In this document: positions 54,521-64,000 of the stretch, in pieces | Numbering within the stretch: the stretch's first letter is position 1 | Layout of the letters: each line of letters opens with the position of its first letter | Assembly (NCBI RefSeq): GCF_006345805.1 | Contig: NC_042998.1 | Span: forward strand, 65,100,001 to 65,164,000 | Length of the DNA: 64,000 nucleotides | Source of the DNA: Octopus sinensis | Lineage: Eukaryota | Direction of reading: 5' to 3' | The notes under the pieces: generated by a model | Database searches by the model: none | The model's input: only the letters and a program-made list of their open reading frames with translations | What the model was told of the DNA's origin: nothing | Program-made: the position numbers and the translations under genes

Positions 54521-56893
54521 TGTTCTTGAAAGTCACGTGTTTTTTTTTCTACAGTAATCCGTCACTATATAGGGGTTCACATTTCTCGGTTTGTTATTTA
54601 AGCTTATGACGTTTGCTCTGTGGTGTCTTTGCTGCTATAATAAAATACATGCAAATTATAAAAATATACTTTTTAAATAGTCAGTAGTGTACTGTTTCTA
54701 CTTTGCAGATTTTCACCTATCGATTTGTTTTGCATCTTCTCTACGGCGAGAAACGTATACTAAGCCGTTGTCAATGAACCGGATGATTCTTGACTGTTGT
54801 TTCGTCTCTGCGTTCTTAGGTCATATCTTGCGATGTTAAATTGGTGCAAAGTTTTAAGTAGCCGTTCGATATCCATACAAAACATTGGAACACGTTGCTA
54901 TCACTGGAGTCTATTCTTTTGGGCCAACTCGGACCAACTTTTGATTTAATAGCCCCTTTCTCCCTTCAGCACATCTGATGAGAACTTCGCCAAAGGGTGG
55001 TGGGCAACATATAAAATATAGTTGTCAAATAATATGATTCAGTTATTAAAGGATTATCACTTTTTAAATTGATGCCGTAAATAGAATTTTGCGATGAATT
55101 GATAATAGCCCTTGCAATATTTTACAGACAACAGAGATTTATCATTCTTATCAACGAAATTTACATAAAGCTAGGAACCCCTTATATCAGCTACACACCT
55201 CCGTGCATTCGCTACTCATGCGAGAAATAGCAGCTGCATCTTCTACAAATTACGATTTTCTGTTTTTAAAAATCAAGGAATATTTCGAAAATATGGCAAT
55301 TAATGAACCACATTTAAAAGAAAATAAAACGGTTACATTGTGATGGCTGACATGCTTCTTCGCTGTAAGCTATGCTCTATGGTTAAAAAATAGTAAGTAT
55401 CAACAAGAGGAACGTCATCACAAATGATATTTTTATAATTTTTTACTCATTGTTATTTAAAATGACATACATTCCGCTAGGAGTTCTCTAATAATCATCA
55501 ATTTTCTGCACCATCGCTGACATACTTAGGATAAGTATCTTAATTTCTATATTTCATTCTGTTGTACGTTCCTGTTCCTGCATTTTGTCAATTTACTTTT
55601 GGTAATTGTTCAAGATTTCCTGAACAATATGAAGAATATTTCTAATATAGTTACTACTCGTCACCGTCCATTATTATTGAAGCGTTCAAAAGTAGCATGA
55701 TTATATTGCACACCCATATACCTACACTATTAATTCATATATTCTTTTCAAAACAGCTTATAGTCTAAACCTTCAAAAGATACACGCCATGGTGTTTAAA
55801 GCCGATAACAGAGAATGCCATATAAAATTTATCTGATCAAAGATATGTCCAAGTTATTTACGTGTCATTTGTTTGTTACTATTTCTGATAATTACCAGTC
55901 AACAACACAATATTTCCTAGTTGGTTTTATCGCACAACAACAACGAGAGTTTCTATCTGATACAAGAATCACATCAAATGATATAGAAATACAAATATCA
56001 GTCATTGCTGTTAAATTTACAAATTTATTACAATATTTAGCATTTCAATGCTAGATGTTTTTTTCATTTAGGTGAAATATATATCTTACATTTGCAGTAT
56101 TTAAAGACAGACTAATAACTGGAGAATATCACGTGTACGTATACAATATGTACATTTTATTGCATCTTTTAACTTTTCGTGGGATTCATAAATATTACGT
56201 ATTCTTTGTTTAATAGCCTTTTCCAATTTATGTTCTCCATTTTTAAAATTAATGGATTGCATTTTGTATACATAATGCATTGAATGCCTTATAACAAACA
56301 GCCTGATATATATTACAGAAAATTTGTTTTTTTTTCGTATATATATTTTTTATTGTGATGATTTCAATAATAAATGAAAATATAAATAGTTATGGACATG
56401 AACAACTAAATAAATAAACATCGTAATAAATGCTTAGTTATATTATTCTATTAGAGAAACTGCTTGCTAAATTTAAAAATATTCGCAACAGCTATCAAAT
56501 CTCATTAAACATTAATGTTATATTTGAATTAATCTTTGTTGTTGCTGGAAGAGTATTAGCATGATTACAGTTGCAATAAGGCATAACGCAAAGAAATCTT
56601 TTGAATTATATTTTTATTGTTATGCATATTTAAATTGTTTTATGCCTAATGTTTGTGTTATGCCTTAATTCTAAGCAACATTTATGAATACATACAGAAT
56701 TACATAACTAACTAGGCATTCAGATGTAACATTTTCCAATACATTAATTTCATTTCAGGAATCACGAACCACATTATATACACCGGTACGCATACCTAAA
56801 GCAAGTATTATGCGCATATGTGTGTGTGTGTCAGCGTGCATGTATGTGTGAACGTATTTGCATACACTTATATATATATATATATATACATAT

Positions 56894-56938
<45 letters not shown>

Positions 56939-57699
56939 AGGAGATAAATAGATGGTTAGATAGATAATCAGACGGATAATTATTAATCTCACCCGCCTTC
57001 CCATTTACTTTTCCACGCTTGTAGGAGACAATATATATTCTTTGTGTAAATGGCGATATCAATAGTCCATTTCATGTTGAAAGAACAAGTTAATAGACAG
57101 TTATAAGCTAAAGCACTTGTTTGTGATGTACATGTAGAGTGTATTAAATCATTACAGGTGAAGCCTACAGCATTCGTTAATTTCAGTACAACTGTTAGGC
57201 TACAATGGCGACGCAAAGCACTTAATCTACTGTGTTATATCTCCTCGTATTATTCCGAATGTTTAAAACAAAGAATTTTCTTGTAATGTTTGCACAGACA
57301 TTATACATTTTTTAATTAAAATACTCACTGTTATCTCAATAATCAGAAGTAACGTTCATAAGTGCTTTTCGTCATTATTACAAGGTATATAATGAGTAAA
57401 GTGACGGAGATTAGAGTAACTGAAATTATATTTCATTAACTGAAATGGTTACAGATGCCATAATACAGATTCTAAAACGATGGCGAGTAAACGTTCCAAC
57501 GTTTTAAGATTTAGTAACAACACAGTAAACATAAGTTTGCCGAGTTATCTGTATTTCACGTCAAGAACAGATATTTTGATCCCTCATTCGTAAACATTGA
57601 GAACATATCCACTGTCCAAGTAGTGCATCGATACGAGTGTCCAGAATAGGTGAGTAAATGTCTACGATGGATGCCTTGAATGTATATCAGCGATCGAAC

Positions 57700-59450
57700 A
57701 TAATTAGGAAGAGAAAGAGGAATTACAATACTTTCTCATTTGTATGAGAAAACCTTGAAAAATGGCTACACAAGAGGGATCTCCCAGTTAATCCAAAGGG
57801 CATTCGCGAACAAGTACCAATAGCAATAGTCGGCATGATATTGTCGCCCATGGAATCGCTGTGGGAGATCTCAATGAAACAACTGCTAATACTGGAAGAG
57901 GAAATTATAATGTATCCATTACATGTGTCCATGTATTAACCGTAATTTCCCCACCAACGCCAGGGATACAGTGGGCACAACATTGAGACTGTTGGAAAAT
58001 GTCATCACGTATGAAGTGCAACCCTACAATGTATTAGGTCCTGACAATATACGATGATTTGGGAAGAATTAGGATAATACCATTAAGGTTTATGCCAATT
58101 TCAAAGACACCAGAACTCGATAACGCAATGTGACTGGTGGCAGTTGACAATTGGCAGCTGCTTCGCAATTTTCACAGTACAGGGCATCAACCATACCATC
58201 AATTCATGCTGCGGTAACTATTTTTCCTTCAAAGTTTACCGTGACTCTGGCGGAGGTAAGGGATGAATTGTGTTTCAAATGTGTTTGAATGCGGCTGTTA
58301 TCCTTGAACTTTCTGCTCAGAGGGTGAATTTATACGTACTAAAGCAGAGGTGATCAGTAAATTGCTATTATCTGAGGATGAGAAAGGCAGACATGTCAAT
58401 AAGCACATAAAGGGCAGTAGAAATCAGAAGCTGTGAAAGCTGTAAACGATGCAGATATGGTTGGAGCACTCTCTTACGGATGGCTAGCACTTGGAAATTT
58501 TGCCAAAAAGGGGAGAAGTACCAATACTAGAGACAAGAGAGACCTCATAGAGCTCATAGCGCTTATAGTGTGAAAGATCTGCGACAAAACAGGAAGTTAA
58601 TCGTGTGACGTCGGAAGAACCTGACCTCCAGGGAAGTGTATACAGCACACCTGGATCTGGAGCGCTCACTGTTCTGGAAAGATATCTTGAGGACTGACAA
58701 AGTAAAATTTTCATAACTCCTGTCTAGTGTAGGTGAATTTTTGATAACCCGAAATAACCTTAAAATGTGGGACAGAGTGAAATACCCACCGATTAGCAGA
58801 GAAGAACGCCTCCTCGCATCCCGAACCAGATCTTGACCAGAAGCTTCATAACACAGATAGAAGGCTGATGCAGGTATGGGTATCTCTAAAGTATTTAATG
58901 AATTTCCAAATGCAGATACCTGTATCATCCCTTCCCAAGTGATTTCTAGGAAGTGACGAAGCAGGTTAAGCAAAAGCAACAATGGGATCTACTTTTCAGG
59001 TTTTGTATCAAACCTCAGACTGGTGAACCCGAATAGAAGATAAGTCTTCCAACAGTACGTAGCGTAAAATCGCTTTGAATTAGAGATGTTCATGATCTCT
59101 ACGAGTACCAAAATAATTATATTTAAACATAAAGTATTCTAGGAAGACTGATTTGACAATTCTCTACAGATAAAGAAAATTAGATATCATGACTTGGTTA
59201 ATGTGGCTCTTATCGAAACGGACTACCGGAAGATGAGTCTCTGAACTAGACAATTAAAGAAAGCCATTAAGAAGTTAGTCAGAATATCGGAAATGTTTTC
59301 AATGGTGCCGTGGATCACATTACATCTCAAGTGGAATAAATGCACATGTGGCATTGGGACATGGAGGTGCTTCCAACATGGGAATGAATTCAGAAGAAGA
59401 GATTTCAAAAACTTTGAAGAATATTTCTGCAATAAGTATTTAAAACACTA
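57700..59450 (+). other. Coding-like but decayed segment, possibly an old non-LTR element (ORF1/APE)
   Basis: GC-richer than its flanks, with interrupted frames (e.g. TIFPSKFTVTLAEVRDEL, DLVNVALIET); no decisive motif. Confidence 0.25.
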
Positions 59451-59471
59451 GTGGATGATGACGATAATAAT

Positions 59472-59700
59472 GATGGCGTGGAAGATGAGAATGACGACAA
59501 CAACGCCATGCTGCTGCTGCTGATGATGATGATGTTGAAGACGACGGCGACGACCATGATAATGATATAATGATAGAGATATATGTCAGTAATTCCTAAT
59601 ATCTGTATATATATATATATACCGTCGTCTTCAACATCATCATCATCAGCAGCAGCAGCAGCATGGCGTTGTTGTCGTCATTCTCATCTACCACGCCATC
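59472..59700. repeat. Inverted duplication, ~77-bp arms with a ~75-nt spacer
   Basis: 59472-59547 versus 59622-59700 differ by one substitution and one CAG unit. Confidence 0.9.
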
Positions 59701-59706
59701 AGGGAT

Positions 59707-59741
<35 letters not shown>

Positions 59742-61172
59742 TTAGATAATAAACGATTAGAATGTCATTTTTTGTCTGAAAGATGCTTCTCCAAGAAGTC
59801 TTTAAAATGTTTCCCTAAAACCATTTCCCATAAACCAACATAAGACTTTCTTCGGACAATCATGTTGTGTGTTTATGTTCATAGAGAGCAGTGTTTCGCA
59901 ACCATATTTTTAACATAAGGTACCATTTGTTTCCTATTTCACTCTACTGGACCCACCTAGTCGTACGATATTTAGAAAATCCTATCATATTTTTATAATG
60001 AAATATCATTAATAATTATACAAGAATTGTTAACAATTTGTTGTATACTGTATAAATATAAGCAAGTCATTGCATATAGTTTCAAGAACAAAGTGATATA
60101 AGAATCCCCAAGAGCTTCATGGAGACCGGTAAGGGACTAGTGATTCAGAATATCATAATACCACTTACAGTAAAATCTGCATAATTTTCAATGGAATTTT
60201 TGATTAATTTTTCGAAATCTCTATACACTGTTTGTCTTAATATTCCATGTATCGTCACGTCCTAATAGAATGGAAAGTATTTTGTTCACTGATAACATTT
60301 TGTTTTTATTCTCCGTTATTTTTGTCGCTTACATTTTTATGATACAACACTTAAAACAATGGTTATATTGTTCATTTCGATTCTATAACAATTGTTCAAT
60401 TATTTTTTTTTATTTGTTTCTTATAAATTTCTGTTATTTTATTCATTTTTGCTTCTGTTCATATTGTATATAATGAATAGAGAATTATGTTGAACAAAAG
60501 TTTTATATGTATCGTTTGTTCCATCAAGAGTCCTTCAGCAAGATGCGTTGGCCTCAAGAACCTTCAGCCATATTTCTATGATATCAATACATATGATATC
60601 AATAATATGTTTAGTTTCCAAAATGGAACGATATGCGGCCGTCCAAGATGCAATAAAGGGAAACATACTGAAGAGGTGTAGCTGGGGAACTTTTGAACAA
60701 AGAGTTAGATATTACTAGTGACTTGTATCCAAGGTAGCAAAACACGACTTGTAGAGAAAATATGTGTGTGTGGGTTTGTGTGCGTGTAAGATTTGAGTAT
60801 GAATAGAGCATTTCTTAGTGAGATGAGACTCAGTGAGATGAGACTTAGTGTAACAAATGTTTGCGGTTGCAGACAAATGTCTTACTAACAATAATGCGTG
60901 GTAGAATATGTAATCGGTGGAATGAGTCTTCTATGTAAGTACAGAATGTACCCTTTTAAGACAAATGCAGTGATTACAGCTAGAACAACATTCAAAAGAG
61001 ACAGGCATTAGCAGTTTCCATCCATTTCAGAATGAAATGCATCCGAATATAGCCTCATAATATTAAACGTTTCTGCTATTTCCATACGATATTCACAAAT
61101 ACCTATTAATCCTGTATAACATATCTATGACTTTAAATACATACTTACATGTCTGTACACGAACATACATAC

Positions 61173-61204
<32 letters not shown>

Positions 61205-61209
<5 letters not shown>

Positions 61210-61332
61210 GAATTGGAGGTTAAACCACTATTAGGCAACTCAAACAGTGATAGACATAAACACACCAGCATCGGTTGTCAAGCAATGCTAGGGTGACAAA
61301 CACAGACACACAAACACACACACACACACACA

Positions 61333-61373
<41 letters not shown>

Positions 61374-61829
61374 CATATATACGACAGGCTTCTTTCAGTT
61401 TCCGTCTACCAAATCCACTCACAAGGCATTGGTCGACCCGGAGCTATAGCAGAAGACACTTGCCCAAGATGCCATGCAGTGGGACTGAACCCGGAACCAT
61501 GTGGTTGGTAAGCAAGCTACTTACCACACAGCCACTCCTAATATAAAATTTATTTTTTTAACCAAGAAGTATAAAAAGAATGATAAATATAATATACGTA
61601 ATAAGTAATGTGTATTTACTTATTATACTTATACTTATTACTTACTACTTATTATATTATATTTATCATTCTTTTTATACTTTTTGGTTAAAAATAATTA
61701 AATTTTATATTTTATATATATACACTATACATAATATTAATTATATTTATATTATTTGTTATTTATGTATTGGTTTATGTCTATGACTGTTTGAGTTGCC
61801 TAATAGTGGTTTAATCTCTAATTCATATT
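61205..61829. repeat. Nested inverted repeats enclosing a SINE family B copy
   Basis: Outer arms 61205-61261 and 61773-61829; inner arms 61541-61596 and 61653-61710; SINE head and body on the minus strand at 61261-61538. Confidence 0.8.
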
Positions 61830-61902
61830 TTATATATTTATACTGTGAAATTTGATTTAATCCTAAATCTAATTTTTCCCTGTAAGTTTGGAGCATACTC
61901 CC

Positions 61903-61953
<51 letters not shown>

Positions 61954-64000
61954 GTGTGTGCGTGTGTGTTTGTATGATGACTGAAATATCAAACAACATT
62001 ACAATGAAACAAAGAGGTATCCATGAAATAGTCAAACTAGAGACAAAATTCCAAATTCAAATAAAGAAACCAATGCAACACAAAGACAACCATTGTGAGT
62101 AAGACTAAAATTTAGTAAATGAAAATACATGAATATGATCAATAATTTAACAAAATGATATTAGCAAACCACTAATGTTTTAATTGCAACACTGAATGAG
62201 AAAATGACGTAAACTTCTATAATATTGTATATGTTGCAATGATCGTGTAAAGGTTAGCCATCTCACATAACGCATAACACAAAAATCTGCATTAATATTA
62301 GAGAACTATAGCATAAATAGAACATATTGCCCAAGTATTCTTCATAATTAAGTCAACAATAGCGAATGTCAGAATATTGTACCTGCTGCTACTCTCGATG
62401 AAGACGAATTTCCCTTAGATCAATTTTAACATATATTAGAACAGATTTCTTCCTAACTTATTGATCATAATCTTACAGGCTATAAGTTTTTATGCATTTA
62501 CTAATAAGTTTGTCTTTTAATGCTAATATGTCGGAAATTGTTTACATTTGTTCTCGTGCTAATTTCTTTTACTTTGTTTTGGTTCTTGTACGTTCCAGCC
62601 TTATTCAGATGTCTTTGTGCGTTGACTGTATTGATATGGACCAACATAAGCACATCAAAGGAGTTAAACCTTAAAATTTCCCTCAGCTCCTGCATACCGC
62701 CATAACACAGATGATAAAGGTACTGGTTAATGTTTTGCAGTTACCTGGAAGTTTTGAGTTCATTCCCAGGCAAGAGACTAGTGTGAATCACAAGATATCT
62801 GAATAAGGATTGAATCTACCAAGTACAGTGAAGATGAGGACACACCTCCCATTAATATAAACAGTGTATGTTATAATATCGTTTCTCAGAAATCGTATGA
62901 ACTCGGAAATTGTATCGTAATTCTGCTTCATATTGAAGGCCAACCAACATATTTATTAAACTCATTTTCCCTCCTCAGGATTCCGAATATGTAGTGGCTA
63001 ACACATACTAGACATCACAACACTGCACTTTTTGTATTCCATTACCCAAATCCTTTCTGTCTGCTACACTTAAGACTTGCATTTGTCGAGTTCCCTATAA
63101 AAGTTGACTATTTTAGACGAAGAAAAAATTAGAAATACTATCCACAATATCTTTCACACACATCCGAACTTCTAGGTGGATTGCGAAACCAAAACGCATA
63201 CCGATTCATGGGAAATAAAATTCCAGTTACTAAGGACAACGTAAATGTATAGAACACCACGTCTGTTATTTTAAATGGTTAATAATGAGATCTAGCAAAT
63301 TTAGTAATTTCTTACATTGAAATTACATATCACCCTAAATCGTGAGAATAAAAAGTTTACGTTGTTCTACATGGCATCAATATCCATGCCAACTATCTGG
63401 GACGAATTACTTAAAATTTATACAGCGGGAAATGGCAGTCTGTCATTTTTTTGTTATATGCTGTCTTATCCATTACATTGAATACAATACTTCTCAATAC
63501 TGTTTAACAGAAAACATTTACACATATTCCCACCCAAGATGTAGATAAGCAATAAAAGGAAACAAAAACTCTAGGTTGGACTGGACAAGTCCTGAGATTA
63601 TGGCAAGGTTGTCCAAATATTGGTGATGAGAAATGAGTGAAAGCAGCAAAGTATGCCGAGCACACGCTGAATTAATGTGTGTCTGACTATATATAGCAAG
63701 TATTAAAGCCCATGCATATCACTGTACAAGCAGGCTACGTCTAAACTACACGTCCTCTATACACACAGGCGTACACACACAAACACACACACCAATACAC
63801 TCTCACACACGTACGCACACACAGTGGTAAGTATGGGTGTTTGTACATGTGTGTGAAAGGTTCACTTACCACCGATACCGTTGCTTTTACAAAGTCCATA
63901 CTTGTCTTATTATTGTTATACATTATTTGTCTTTAATCAATTCGATGTTTGTACTGAGAACGCCACCATCATATATTGTTTAACTGAATAACCTTAAAAC

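Overview
AT-rich, microsatellite-saturated eukaryotic DNA. The SINE families and the (TA)n/(AAT)n load point to an octopus-like cephalopod (inference). No long host ORF is present, and almost all ORF-track entries are microsatellite translations or transposon fragments. Recognisable elements: a near-complete Penelope-like (Naiad-like) retroelement with RT and GIY-YIG; a young RTE-clade LINE with a 5' inversion; CR1-group LINE remnants; three R4/Dong-like remnants beside (AAT)n tracts; a Mag-like Ty3/Gypsy remnant with LTR and PBS; a DD37D Tc1/mariner remnant; three tRNA-derived SINE families. The main hidden signal is a set of minimal type I hammerhead ribozyme motifs from several apparently unrelated sequence families, each with a palindromic helix III. 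Several sit in fold-back elements that end in TATAAG...CTTATA inside (TA)n and look like MITEs. I interpret them as non-autonomous, ribozyme-bearing Penelope derivatives. There is also a phase-compatible chain of small candidate exons on the + strand (unidentified protein, moderate-to-low confidence). All calls were made by eye, with no database search or folding run.
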